A DNA stretch of 64,000 nucleotides. It comes from Candidatus Babeliales bacterium. Lineage in GTDB: Bacteria; Babelota; Babeliae; Babelales; JBFXEV01. The translations under genes were made by a program, and so were the position numbers. The notes under the pieces were generated by a model. That model worked only from the letters and a program-made list of their open reading frames with translations. It was not told the DNA's origin and did no database searches. The DNA is taken from NCBI GenBank assembly GCA_050179755.1, contig JBFXEV010000001.1, positions 41,994 to 105,993 on the forward strand, given 5' to 3'. Shown here in pieces: positions 39,318 to 49,743 of this stretch. Each line of letters opens with the position of its first letter. The stretch's first letter is position 1.

Positions 39318-40676
39318 ATGGTACTTATTGTATTTATAACATTTATTGTGTGCTATCTATGCATTGGTATATGGAATAGCCGGCATGTAAAAACACTCAA
39401 TGATTTTTTTATACGATCACGCTCACTATCGCTGATTGAAACCACTGCAAGTCTAGTAGTTACTCAACTCGGGAGTAACATGATTCTAGATACTTCGCGA
39501 AAAGGATTTGAGTACGGAGTATACGGAATATTCTATCCTCTTGGCATCTCAGTAGGATTATTGCTACTTACAAGTACACTAGCAGAAAGATGGCGCACGT
39601 TGAACATCAATACTACTGCAGAGCTCTTTATAAATCGCTTTAAAAGTGTCTATTTACATAAATTGGCAGGATGCATAGGTCTGATAAGCCTGTTTGGCAT
39701 TCTTGTGGCACAAGTTGCCGCCTTGCGGTTTGTTATTTGCCCCTATTTATCAATTGCCAACATGTGTCTTTTTATAGCCACATGGCTCTGTATAGTCTTC
39801 TACACCATGCTTGGTGGACTATCGTCCGTTATCAACACTGGTTTTTTGCAAGGCATTCTTTTATACGGTTTTTTTGGATTATTTATTGTCACCGTTCTGA
39901 TCACAACACCTTTTTCTATTGCTGAATTAGCTGCTGAAGCTGTCAGGCGTCCAATCGTACCCAAAGAACTTACCTTTACTCAAACCCTTTCATTATTTAT
40001 TCTACCTGGACTCTATGTTATTATTTCACAAACAATTATTCAATTCATAATTAAAGCTAAAACAGTAAAAGTTGCAAAAGCTGCAACCTCACTTTCCTCA
40101 TTCTTACTAATAGGCTTCACTTTTGTACCATTTATGGGCGGGCTTATCGCAAAAAAAATGACTCCTCATATTGATGCATCTACTCACGTAATCGTTGCGG
40201 TGATGAGAGCATTAACACCAACATGGATGCTTGCTCTTGGTATAGCGGCAATCAGCGCCGCAATCATATCAACTGCAGACGCCCTACTTTTGGGTGCAAG
40301 TTCTTTTATTATTCACGATATAATGCCAAAATATAAGTATAACTTTCTTATAACTCGATTGCTTATTGCACTCACCGGATTGATGAGCCTTGTGGCTTCG
40401 TATTATGTTGAAGAGAGAGTTGTATTTCTTATACTGCATAGTTATGAATTGGCACTGAGCGTATTATTTATACCGAGTATTATATGCTTATATTTTCCCG
40501 AGGTACCCGTATCAACAAATTGTGCATGGGCATCTTGCATTATAGGCGGTTGTAGTTATCTGCTTGGTGCATTCTTGCTGCCTTCTACTGTGCCCCATAT
40601 TTTAATTACTTTCGGTCTTGCAAGCCTACCTTTTGTAGTTTACAAATTTAAAATGCAGAAACTTCAAGTTAAGTAA
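39318..40676 (+). CDS. Sodium:solute symporter family protein
   Basis: About 13 TM segments; DFF, YTMLGGL and SAAIISTAD motifs. Confidence 0.85.
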   Translation: MVLIVFITFIVCYLCIGIWNSRHVKTLNDFFIRSRSLSLIETTASLVVTQLGSNMILDTSRKGFEYGVYGIFYPLGISVGLLLLTSTLAERWRTLNINTTAELFINRFKSVYLHKLAGCIGLISLFGILVAQVAALRFVICPYLSIANMCLFIATWLCIVFYTMLGGLSSVINTGFLQGILLYGFFGLFIVTVLITTPFSIAELAAEAVRRPIVPKELTFTQTLSLFILPGLYVIISQTIIQFIIKAKTVKVAKAATSLSSFLLIGFTFVPFMGGLIAKKMTPHIDASTHVIVAVMRALTPTWMLALGIAAISAAIISTADALLLGASSFIIHDIMPKYKYNFLITRLLIALTGLMSLVASYYVEERVVFLILHSYELALSVLFIPSIICLYFPEVPVSTNCAWASCIIGGCSYLLGAFLLPSTVPHILITFGLASLPFVVYKFKMQKLQVK

Positions 40677-40758
40677 TTACGATCGATTTTTTTTAGGTAA
40701 ACAATACTGCAGCGCACTTGAATGAGAACTATTCTTTAGATACTGTATAAAATTTATT

Positions 40759-41394
40759 CTACGTATGAATCTGCTTAGTAACTAATCTAATCACTTCATC
40801 AAGATCGTCTGTCATCACAAATAAATTCTTAAATTCGGCGTCAATAAAACCATGCGTAAATGCCACGTCTACCCACTCACTAAAACTTGCCCAAAATGAA
40901 GTTCCTACTAACACAACAGGAGACCGCCTTATTTGTTTCATTTTAATGAGGTTCATAATATCACCTAGTTCATCGAACGTGCCAACACCTCCGGGAAAAA
41001 TCACATATGCATCAGAATAATACATCAATAGCCATTTGCGCGCAGAAAAATTGCTTAAAAATATAGTAGTACGTTCGCAGCGAGACGAAGCCGGCTCATC
41101 TATACCAATCACGTTAATGCCAAAGCCAAACGGTTTTTTGCCAGTACTTACTGCTCCACATAATACCGCTTCCATAATGCCCATGCCACCGCCAGTAATC
41201 ACCGCTTGATCAGCATCTGCAAGTTTTTTGCCTAACTCAAAAGCTATTTTATAAAAATGGGAATTATAATCTGCATGATGGCCGCCAAACACGGTAACGA
41301 TTGGCTTTTTTAAGCGATATAAATGCCATAGTCCGCGTACAAATTGAGGCCATTGCCAAAGATACTGTGCTGCATGCCTTGTTTTTCCGTACAT
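40759..41394 (-). CDS. LOG family (TIGR00730) nucleotide phosphoribohydrolase
   Basis: TGGGMGIME, RK and PGGVGTFDE. Confidence 0.88.
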   Translation of the reverse strand: MYGKTRHAAQYLWQWPQFVRGLWHLYRLKKPIVTVFGGHHADYNSHFYKIAFELGKKLADADQAVITGGGMGIMEAVLCGAVSTGKKPFGFGINVIGIDEPASSRCERTTIFLSNFSARKWLLMYYSDAYVIFPGGVGTFDELGDIMNLIKMKQIRRSPVVLVGTSFWASFSEWVDVAFTHGFIDAEFKNLFVMTDDLDEVIRLVTKQIHT

Positions 41395-42107
41395 TACTCA
41401 TCCCTTTTCTTTAATTTTTCGACTGGCATATTGCACGTTTGGCAGCGCTCTTTAAGCAATAAAAGTGCTTCATCAATATCGTCAGTCACATGGATTAAAT
41501 TAATATCGTCGTTAGTAATGAGCCCCTCATGCAAAGCGCTTTTATGCATCCATTCTATAAAATGCTTCCAATAGTCTTTGCCAAACAGCACAACCGGTAC
41601 ACCAGGCAGTTTTTTTGTATGAATTAGCGTAATAACTTCCGCAAACTCATCTAAGGTGCCAAATCCCCCAGGAAACACAGCAAATGCCACTGAGTAATTA
41701 ATCATAAGCCATTTGCGCGCAAAAAATTCAGGCATAATAAAGTATTCTTGGGCACATTCCTGCGCCATCTTTTCTCCCAAACCTTCCACAGTAATACCAA
41801 TAGAACGGGCTGTTATACCCTCTCGTATTTGATGCGTTGCACCACATCCTGCTGCGCGCATGATGCCTGGTCCTCCCCCCGTAATAACGGAAATATTTTC
41901 TTGAATTAATCTATGAGCAAGTTGATGTGCAAGCTGAGCGTACGTACTGTTATGCGGCAAAAGGTGACCTCCAAATATGGTCACGACCGGCCTTGGAAGT
42001 TTACCTAATCTCCAAGCGCCTCTGAGCATTTGCACAAAAACAGTACCTAATTGCCAGGTAACTTTCAAGCAAAAACCAATACGTTTAAAAATAGATAACA
42101 TTGCCAA
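41394..42107 (-). CDS. LOG family (TIGR00730) nucleotide phosphoribohydrolase
   Basis: TGGGPGIM, FFARK and PGGFGTLDE. Confidence 0.88.
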   Translation of the reverse strand: MAMLSIFKRIGFCLKVTWQLGTVFVQMLRGAWRLGKLPRPVVTIFGGHLLPHNSTYAQLAHQLAHRLIQENISVITGGGPGIMRAAGCGATHQIREGITARSIGITVEGLGEKMAQECAQEYFIMPEFFARKWLMINYSVAFAVFPGGFGTLDEFAEVITLIHTKKLPGVPVVLFGKDYWKHFIEWMHKSALHEGLITNDDINLIHVTDDIDEALLLLKERCQTCNMPVEKLKKRDE

Positions 42108-42160
42108 GAACTCCTTTTGTTCATCGCAGCTATTTTTAGAAATTATAGAGTCAAATAAGT

Positions 42161-42583
42161 TTATAGCACCATGAACCCCATGCCCATAAGCAAGAGTACT
42201 GAACCGATAATAGATTTCCAGGTTACTGCTTCACCCAAAAAAACCATAGCCAAATATATGATAAAAACAATTGAAAGTTGATCAAGAGATGCTGCACGAG
42301 AAGCTGAAGCATTGCTTACTACCAGGTAATATGAAGCATAATATATTGCTGCAAACAGCGAGCTTGCCACAATATAAGGTACTACTTGCATATCAATGGT
42401 AGAGAATGTAGAAAGCTTATTAGAATAAAAGAGCATGCCCACGAGGACTGCTAGCGTTGCAGATGTTTGTATGACCCCTACCAACGTACTGTCAATGTAA
42501 CGGGTTCCCATTTTATCACAGATTACAACCATTGCTGAACTAAATGCAGAAACTATACCAAGTGGTATCCACACGTCCTTCAT
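42161..42583 (-). CDS. Single-domain EamA/DMT family transporter
   Basis: Five TM segments; ASRAASLDQLS and FLGE motifs. Confidence 0.75.
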   Translation of the reverse strand: MKDVWIPLGIVSAFSSAMVVICDKMGTRYIDSTLVGVIQTSATLAVLVGMLFYSNKLSTFSTIDMQVVPYIVASSLFAAIYYASYYLVVSNASASRAASLDQLSIVFIIYLAMVFLGEAVTWKSIIGSVLLLMGMGFMVL

Positions 42584-42969
42584 ATGCGCCCCCTAATTAT
42601 TGATTGTCTACTTCGCATAAAATCCTAGGTTAAAGTGAACTATTTTTTATTCACAATACTCTATTTAAAAAATAGTGCAATAATATTCTGTCTCATCTGT
42701 CTATCAAATGACCGGACTAGTCTTTTACCTTAAAAGAGGACAGAGTATTTGTTGTTTTTTAAGCTATCTTTGTGTCTTAGATTTTTTGCCACTGCTCTCT
42801 TCATATTAACCTTACTCTTTTATGAGCATTAAAATAAACATATTGATAAAGTTTGCATCAATATGTGAATATGCTACCCTTAAACTGCCTGATATTAAAG
42901 CCATAAGCCCCAAGAAATAACCTGACTTGCAAACCATTGGAGCAAGTACATTCTAGTAGAAAATACGTA

Positions 42970-43794
42970 ATGAACATGAAGCACTTTTTGTATCTTTCTT
43001 TTTTAATCAGCACTCTGCTATCTATCATACCAATTAATGGCCGCGCTCCTGCAGTGCATCTAAACTTCAATATAGGTAGACGGGTTGTTCCGATAAAAGG
43101 AGCTGTTATTGTAGAGGAGGAACTTGAAACTACCGTACGCGATGATGGATCGGGCATTCTCTGGCGAAACACTGCTCTTTATGGCATTAGTGAACATTTG
43201 GGCTTGCGCTTATTTATCCCAGTCTTTTTAAAACGAAAAGTGGGCAATGATATTGCTCGCGGATTAAGTGATATTAGTTTAGAAGCGCTTCTTATTAAAT
43301 TCTTACAACCATACAATGCGGGTATACTTGGTCTTGGTTTTTTTGCTCCAACCGGTAGCATTAAGTCTCGCCCAAATCTTGGCACGGGTAATTACAATCT
43401 TATTTTTACTGCACAATGGATCCATTCCTCTCCCCATTGGTATTGTTCCTTTTTCTTAAGGCCTGTGGGCGCGATTAAACGCCATGGCAGATATGCAGGC
43501 TCAATACTTAACTTTGAATATTTATTTGGTCCCAAATTTATCTTAGGAAACTCAAAGTTGCCGCTTGCAACACTTTTGATATTAGATGGGGCCTACCGAA
43601 AACCCGCAAAAATTAATGGACTGACCGTGCCTAACACTGGAGGCACCGTAGTAATTCTTGGTCCGTTTATTTCAGTGCGCACTGGCCGCATGATAGTTCA
43701 AGGGCGCGTACAATTTCCTATTTTGCAACGCTATAGAGGCACGCAGGAAAAACTTAATTACATAGCAGCAGCTACCGTGCAATATTATTTCTAG
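42970..43794 (+). CDS. Outer-membrane beta-barrel, transporter/MetA-pathway-like (paralogue 1)
   Basis: Signal peptide, YGISE, RGLSDI, APTG, PNTGG and terminal Phe. Confidence 0.6.
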   Translation: MNMKHFLYLSFLISTLLSIIPINGRAPAVHLNFNIGRRVVPIKGAVIVEEELETTVRDDGSGILWRNTALYGISEHLGLRLFIPVFLKRKVGNDIARGLSDISLEALLIKFLQPYNAGILGLGFFAPTGSIKSRPNLGTGNYNLIFTAQWIHSSPHWYCSFFLRPVGAIKRHGRYAGSILNFEYLFGPKFILGNSKLPLATLLILDGAYRKPAKINGLTVPNTGGTVVILGPFISVRTGRMIVQGRVQFPILQRYRGTQEKLNYIAAATVQYYF

Positions 43795-43804
43795 AGAACA
43801 CGTG

Positions 43805-44632
43805 ATGAAAACAGTATCAATTTTTTTAGTTTTGCTTTTTAAAATTCTTACGCTATTTGCGCATGCTGCGGCACATGAACCGATTCCCATCAACGGTAAA
43901 TTCAGCATTGGCAGAGAAACCATCACAAGTAAAGGTTACGGTTCTTATGTTACCGGCTCGCTCATGTTTATAGGTCATGAAGCAAACTTACTATTTTATT
44001 TTAATGCATTTTCTTATGGTATTTCAGAACGTGTAGGTTGCACATTTACCGTGCCTATAGTTTTACATTTCAGAGAAAATAAAGACGTGTCTCGTGGTCT
44101 TTTTGATCTTCGTTTTAACATGCAATGGCATTTGTATAGAAGTGAAAATGAAATTGTAGTACTCAAAACGGGCATGTGGTTTCCTACTGGCGATATATTG
44201 GCTCGACCGCCACTCAGCTTTGGCTCATTTAATCCAACAGTTTATTTGATTGCAGCACATTCTTCTGAACGCTTGTACGCTAATGCGACAGTTGGTAGCG
44301 TTATTACTACCACACGTAAGCACCGTAACACAGGCGGCTTTATTGATTATCATCTAAGCGTAGGGCCCAAATTTCCATTGGACACAAAAAACCATAGCCA
44401 GTTATATGCCTTTTTAGAACTTCAAGGATATTATTTTTTTGCAGCAAAATTTAGAAATGTGCGCGTGCCTAACACCGGTGAGCATTTATTATTTTTAGGC
44501 CCCAGCGTTTCTTATGATAGCGACTTCTTCCAAATACTTGCAAGTATTGGTGTGACCGTACTTGATCATCGCAAAGGCATACAACCGCGTACAGACTTTC
44601 TTGCTCAAATTTGGTTTGGGAGAAGATTTTGA
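43805..44632 (+). CDS. Outer-membrane beta-barrel (paralogue 2)
   Basis: YGISE, RGLFD, FPTGD, GPKFP, PNTG and terminal Phe. Confidence 0.6.
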   Translation: MKTVSIFLVLLFKILTLFAHAAAHEPIPINGKFSIGRETITSKGYGSYVTGSLMFIGHEANLLFYFNAFSYGISERVGCTFTVPIVLHFRENKDVSRGLFDLRFNMQWHLYRSENEIVVLKTGMWFPTGDILARPPLSFGSFNPTVYLIAAHSSERLYANATVGSVITTTRKHRNTGGFIDYHLSVGPKFPLDTKNHSQLYAFLELQGYYFFAAKFRNVRVPNTGEHLLFLGPSVSYDSDFFQILASIGVTVLDHRKGIQPRTDFLAQIWFGRRF

Positions 44633-45459
44633 AAAACCACTTTATTATACATTTTTTTGCACTCTTTTTTGCTGCAATGCTACCGTGCATACTGCATGGC
44701 CGCGATCCCTTCCCCATGAACAGAAAATTTAATATTGGTCAAGATATTATAACCAGTGATGGCTATGGTCTTCTTAATTTAGATAACCCCTATCTTATGC
44801 AACAAAATAATAAAGCTGACATTGGTTTAAGCTGTAGCATATCCTATGGCATCAACAGGTTTCTCGGTATAACATTCTCCGTTCCATTTTTTCTACAACA
44901 TGCAGACAATCCTTACACTTCTCGGGGACTAGGTGACATTTCAACTTTTATGCAATTTCACATGCACCGTACAGAGAATGTTCTGGTGCTATTCAAAGCT
45001 GGCATGCAATTTCCCACCGGAGACACCAACACACGCCCAGCGCTTGGTTCTGGCTCTTTTAACCCACTTGTTAATTTTGAAGCATATTATTCGCCTGATC
45101 GCTTTTTTGCAAGCCTTATTCTTGCAAGCACTATCACCACAACCCGTAACCATAAAAAAGCAGGAACTATTCTTGATTATGAAATTACTCTGGGGCCAAA
45201 ATTCCCCTTGCGCTTTGTAAAAGATTCTTATTTTTATGTATTTCTCGAACTTCAAGGCTTTCATCTTTTTAAGAGTAAGGCATACGGTGAATCAATTCCA
45301 AAAAGTGACGGCCATTTATTATTATTTGGCCCAATTCTTTCCTATGATATAGCAGACTGCCAATATTTACTCAGAATCCAATTTCCTATTGCTCACCGTA
45401 AGTTCGGTACTCATAAAATTGATTATCTTGTTTCCTTATCATTCCAAAAAGACATTTAA
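44629..45459 (+). CDS. Outer-membrane beta-barrel (paralogue 3)
   Basis: YGIN, RGLGD, FPTGD and GPKFP. A TTG start after GGAGA overlaps the previous stop codon. Confidence 0.6.
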   Translation: MKNHFIIHFFALFFAAMLPCILHGRDPFPMNRKFNIGQDIITSDGYGLLNLDNPYLMQQNNKADIGLSCSISYGINRFLGITFSVPFFLQHADNPYTSRGLGDISTFMQFHMHRTENVLVLFKAGMQFPTGDTNTRPALGSGSFNPLVNFEAYYSPDRFFASLILASTITTTRNHKKAGTILDYEITLGPKFPLRFVKDSYFYVFLELQGFHLFKSKAYGESIPKSDGHLLLFGPILSYDIADCQYLLRIQFPIAHRKFGTHKIDYLVSLSFQKDI

Positions 45460-45571
45460 AAAAAGTCGATAAAGATACGGCACTGTTCCCTGTACTGTAT
45501 ACTTTCTAGCACTGAAAACGGTATACTAAATAAGAGAGAAATAGTTACAGAACAGCTCTCCATCAAATTTT

Positions 45572-45614
45572 GCAGGGGTATGAAGCTACTTTTAATATTA
45601 CTTCATACCCCTGC
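45572..45614. repeat. Perfect 14-bp inverted repeat
   Basis: GCAGGGGTATGAAG, a 15-nt spacer, then CTTCATACCCCTGC. Confidence 0.7.
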
Positions 45615-45710
45615 CTCCCCCTGTTCATCTGCGCGAGACTTGTCGTACTTAGGTAATAAAATACCCTAAAATGCCACCATCCTTCATCTCTTGATAATTC
45701 CCGCCAGACC

Positions 45711-45740
45711 CCCTGCCCTCCGAAGCTTTAGCGTAGTGGG
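45711..45740 (-). repeat. Short palindromic repeat (CTACGCTAAAGCTTCGG family)
   Basis: Its reverse complement matches 50285-50314 at 23 of 30 nt. Confidence 0.6.
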
Positions 45741-45822
45741 GCACTAGTTATTGCTCTTAACTTTTATCTCCTGCTACTCTAATATCAATAGGGATGTTGA
45801 CTATCTAAAAAAGGAGAATGTC

Positions 45823-46233
45823 ATGGCAAGCCATTTAAATGAAGAATTAATTGCAATTTTAAACGATTGTATCGCAACGACCGAAGGCTGCATTGATGCG
45901 TGCCAAGTGTTAACTGAAAAATGCAGCACAACCGACATTGTAGAATGTGGTGAACAACTTGGTGAATGCCAAGAAGCATGCCAAAACACCATTGATTCTT
46001 GTCATGCAGCTATTGAAGAATGTTCTGATCATATGGGCATCTGCGATGAAGACGATTGTGAAGAGAAATGCTTAGCAGTCATTGAAGCAGCAGAAGAATG
46101 TATTGAATCATGTGAGGAGCTTCTTGAAGCGTGTGATGCTGAATATGAAGATTGCATGGACACGAGCTTTAAAACAATGACCGCGTGTGAAAACTGTGCA
46201 CAAGCTTGTAACGATTGTTTACAAGAAGATTAA
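45823..46233 (+). CDS. Cys-rich acidic four-helix-bundle protein (Csp/DUF326-like metal storage)
   Basis: AAGGAG RBS; 20 Cys in 136 aa, with repeated Cx3C/Cx2C helical spacing (CENCAQACNDC). Confidence 0.7.
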   Translation: MASHLNEELIAILNDCIATTEGCIDACQVLTEKCSTTDIVECGEQLGECQEACQNTIDSCHAAIEECSDHMGICDEDDCEEKCLAVIEAAEECIESCEELLEACDAEYEDCMDTSFKTMTACENCAQACNDCLQED

Positions 46234-46263
46234 AATTGAATATCTCAACAAAAAGGAGATCCT

Positions 46264-46668
46264 ATGATGCATAATTGTAAAAACCTCTATACCGCGTGGT
46301 ATTTGCTATATATTACGTATGGCGTGCTGGCAATTGCAGCAGGGGCGGACAAATTTTTTGATATGCTTGTGTATTGGCCAATATATTTAAACCCTAAAAT
46401 TCCTGCTTTATTTAACATGTCAGCACAACAATTTATGTATGGCGTAGGTATTATTGAAATTCTTGCAGGCCTTCTGGTTTTTGCACGGCCATTTTACGGT
46501 GGTCTTTTAATTGCCGCATGGTTTGGACTGATTATACTCAACTTACTAAGCACCGGCCAATACTTTGATATTGCAGTGCGCGATGTAGGCCTTGTCGTTG
46601 GTGCGCTCGTGTTATCACTTTTAACATTAGAGCTTGCACACCGAGAACATGATCTTTCCCGCAGATAA
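46264..46668 (+). CDS. DoxX-like membrane protein
   Basis: AGADKF, VGIIEILAG and DIAVRD motifs. Confidence 0.75.
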   Translation: MMHNCKNLYTAWYLLYITYGVLAIAAGADKFFDMLVYWPIYLNPKIPALFNMSAQQFMYGVGIIEILAGLLVFARPFYGGLLIAAWFGLIILNLLSTGQYFDIAVRDVGLVVGALVLSLLTLELAHREHDLSRR

Positions 46669-46685
46669 AAATAGAAATAATCTTC

Positions 46686-46715
46686 AAGGCAAGCATAATT
46701 ATGCTTGCCTTTTTT
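46686..46715 (+). terminator. Rho-independent terminator
   Basis: AAGGCAAGCAT/ATGCTTGCCTT stem with T-tail. Confidence 0.75.
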
Positions 46716-46859
46716 ATACACCTCTCTACTCTAATACAGCTCAAATAGCACATTTTTTTATTAATTAATCTGCAAAAATCTTAACTTAACGCTATAAATG
46801 GCGGTATACTAACAGTGTATTCTGATTCAAAAGGCAAAAAACAGCATCAAGAGGCGCTC

Positions 46860-48107
46860 ATGCTCATTCGTACACGCTTTGTGTACCTATGGTTTATTAT
46901 TATATGTTGGGCACCCTGGAAGGCTCTCGCCCATCCTACACCTTGCAATGAGCAACCATGGATCACCATTTTTGTACATGGCATCATTAGCGTAAAACCT
47001 TTTCTTTCGCCCTATAATATTTATATTTTAATGCGAGATGATATTCACGGATCAGTATATGCGCACACTATTTGCCATGCTCGCAAAGATCCTTTTTTTG
47101 AACATTATCATGCTATGCAACAAATAGGTCTTAAAAAAATAGATCTTAATGTTATAGAAAAATCTCGTGCAGCAACTGCTTTTGCTCGTTCATATGACTG
47201 TGTTGCACACTCAATTTCATCGCATGAACACAACACATATTATACTTATGGCTGGTCGGCATTACTCAGCAAAAAATTGTGGAAAGATGAAGGTGAATTA
47301 TTTTACAAAGCATTGTTACAAGAAATTGAAACCTACCGCGCACAAGGAATTCAGCCAAAAATTCGCATTATAGGCTACAGTCATGGTGGCACTATTGCTG
47401 CACATCTTGCCAATGCGTATAACGAAGAAAATACCGCATTTTACGTTGATGAACTCATTTTGCTTGGCATGCCCGGCGTACCTGAAGCCAAAGAATTAAT
47501 ACAAAGCCCACTTTTTAAAAAAATATATCAAATTTATTCACATGGTGATCGCGTGCAAACGCTTGATTTTTTTTCTCTCAATGTAGTCTTTAGCAGAAAA
47601 ACCTTTTTTGGTGGTAAAAACTTACCCGATAATTTTCATCAAATCGGCATAAAATTATACCGCCTTTCATCATCATGTACTGCAAAATGTAAGTATGGCC
47701 ATGCGTGGCCAGCGCCACCACGCCACGTGCGCCCTGCACACCCCGGCCATACAGAATTATGGTCATTTGGATGGGCTGGCGGCTATCGCCAATATTATCC
47801 CTTATACCCATTGCCAATAGGCGTCTTTATACCCTGGTTCATTGAGCTTTCAAAACAATGTAGCGATTGCTCACGCCATATTTCTATCGCCATGCATCCA
47901 TATGCTGAGCATACACAAATCAAATGCCATGATACGCATATAACCTATGATCTACCCGGCTTTGATACAAGTCTTATTGAGCAGATGAAAGAAGACGCAT
48001 TGCAATTCTGCCCTTATGAATACGGAGCGTTAGCCTATGAACAGCATTTAAAAATTGCCATACGCAAAGCAAATGAAGAATTAAAACATCAAGACAAAGC
48101 CGTTTGA
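46860..48107 (+). CDS. Secreted alpha/beta-hydrolase-like protein
   Basis: IFVHG, GYSHGG nucleophile elbow, YSHGD and GHTELW. Confidence 0.6.
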   Translation: MLIRTRFVYLWFIIICWAPWKALAHPTPCNEQPWITIFVHGIISVKPFLSPYNIYILMRDDIHGSVYAHTICHARKDPFFEHYHAMQQIGLKKIDLNVIEKSRAATAFARSYDCVAHSISSHEHNTYYTYGWSALLSKKLWKDEGELFYKALLQEIETYRAQGIQPKIRIIGYSHGGTIAAHLANAYNEENTAFYVDELILLGMPGVPEAKELIQSPLFKKIYQIYSHGDRVQTLDFFSLNVVFSRKTFFGGKNLPDNFHQIGIKLYRLSSSCTAKCKYGHAWPAPPRHVRPAHPGHTELWSFGWAGGYRQYYPLYPLPIGVFIPWFIELSKQCSDCSRHISIAMHPYAEHTQIKCHDTHITYDLPGFDTSLIEQMKEDALQFCPYEYGALAYEQHLKIAIRKANEELKHQDKAV

Positions 48108-48886
48108 TATCTATCCAAACGGTTAAAAAATCCTGGTAACCATTGTTTTTCATGAGCCTTGTCAACAGGAGCATGTGACACACGATTTGTTAACACTGCT
48201 TTAGCCGCTTGCACAAACTGCGCAACAGCATCTTCTTTATGAGTAGTTTCCATTGTTTGTAACACTTGCAATAAACCCCATGCCACGTTATTATACCGTT
48301 CTTTAGGATCAATACCCGCACCTTTAAAATTCAAGTAATCAAGCAATGCAAAGATTCCTTGTGGTGATTGCATAAGTAAGGTGTAATTTGCAGTTATCTT
48401 TTGTTGCTCTGATGCAAGAGCTTGCTTTTGTATATCAGGCCACATACGTTCAAATCGATCAATAATAAAATCTACTTGCACATGCATAGTGCTATACATC
48501 AGTGCCTTAAGCTCCTCAATTTGTTGTTGATGCTCAGGCTTTAAAAACTCTGCTCGTGTTGACCACGGAGCATAATGCGCATTTTGCAACCAAGCAGGCA
48601 TATGAACTAAATTTTTTTTAAAATACTGCAATAATTCGGGAAAAGTTTGTGTGTATTGTTCTTTACAATTTTCTGGAAACCAAATAAAGTGGCATATGCC
48701 AAGTGAGGGGAAATTTTCATTCTGATTCCAAAAAACCAATTTGTCATAATGTCCACTTGCCTCATTAAACCAAATGCGCTCAGCAATTTCCTTTTTCTGT
48801 GCTGGAGTAAGATTAATCTGCAAGGTCTGACTGGCAGTGCAATAAAAAAATAACATACACCATACGTAATATTTTAAAGTATTCAT
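48089..48886 (-). CDS. Conserved hypothetical secreted protein (possibly lysozyme-like)
   Basis: IWFNE, WNQNENFPSLGICHFIWFP, DYLNFKG, WGLLQVL and WLPG blocks. Confidence 0.6.
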   Translation of the reverse strand: MNTLKYYVWCMLFFYCTASQTLQINLTPAQKKEIAERIWFNEASGHYDKLVFWNQNENFPSLGICHFIWFPENCKEQYTQTFPELLQYFKKNLVHMPAWLQNAHYAPWSTRAEFLKPEHQQQIEELKALMYSTMHVQVDFIIDRFERMWPDIQKQALASEQQKITANYTLLMQSPQGIFALLDYLNFKGAGIDPKERYNNVAWGLLQVLQTMETTHKEDAVAQFVQAAKAVLTNRVSHAPVDKAHEKQWLPGFFNRLDRYQTALS

Positions 48887-48960
48887 AGCATCTCCCCTAA
48901 TATGACTAATCATATGTACAGAGTACTATAAATTGAGAACTGTATACAACCAACGAGTAA

Positions 48961-49743
48961 TTAGTGGGAAAGTTGTGACCATATTTTCAAAAAATCACCC
49001 ATTGCAAGTTGCTGTGCGCGCTTGCCAAGCAACTCATCATCAAAGCGTGAAAGATCATAATGCGTTTGCGCTAAATTATTGCGCAAAGTTCTCCTTGGCT
49101 GGCGAAAGCACACCTTTATAAATTTCCAAAATTGTTCCTCATTTGGAATTTCCACCAAGTCAGTTTTAGGCTTAAAATAAATTAAGCGAGAGAATACTTT
49201 TGGTGCAGGATAAAAAGCTGAAGGAGGAATCTTAGTAAGTAACTTAAGCTCAAAAAAGTATTGAAAATAAAGCGATATAAAGCCATACCCTTTGCCAGAC
49301 TTTTTAACAAGCTTTTGCGCAACTTCCTCTTGAAGCATCACCACACCTTCTTTTAAAAGATGTCTGCTTTCTTGGAACTTATGTAAAATAGGAAACGTTA
49401 CGTTATACGGCAAATTAGCAAGTACCGTCCAAGGAGCATGAGGCTCTAAACGCGCCATATCAAGATCTAAAAAGTTTTCCTGATAAACCGTTAGACGCTG
49501 ATCTTTGAATTTATTGCGCACAAAACCCGCCCATTCAGGGTCAATTTCAAATACCCATAAACGGGCTATAGGAGTTTGCAAGATTGCTTGCGTTAAAAAG
49601 CCGTCACCACAGCCGATCTCAAAAACAGACGTGTTTTTATCTATTGCTACGGCATCTAGCATTACATTGAGGACCGCTTGATCACGCAAGAAATGTTGGC
49701 CGTATTGTTTTTTAATGACTATGTTGTGGGAGGTTTTTACCAT
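48961..49743 (-). CDS. rsmA: 16S rRNA m6,2A dimethyltransferase
   Basis: KKQYGQHFL, EIGCGDG, ANLPYN and PAPKVFS. Confidence 0.95.
   Translation of the reverse strand: MVKTSHNIVIKKQYGQHFLRDQAVLNVMLDAVAIDKNTSVFEIGCGDGFLTQAILQTPIARLWVFEIDPEWAGFVRNKFKDQRLTVYQENFLDLDMARLEPHAPWTVLANLPYNVTFPILHKFQESRHLLKEGVVMLQEEVAQKLVKKSGKGYGFISLYFQYFFELKLLTKIPPSAFYPAPKVFSRLIYFKPKTDLVEIPNEEQFWKFIKVCFRQPRRTLRNNLAQTHYDLSRFDDELLGKRAQQLAMGDFLKIWSQLSH

Noticed and set aside
42610..42637. ACTTCGCATAA resembling the XerC arm of a dif site
   Set aside because: With a 6-bp spacer the other arm does not match TTATGTTAAAT. The similar ATGCCGCATAA at 20641 fails in the same way.
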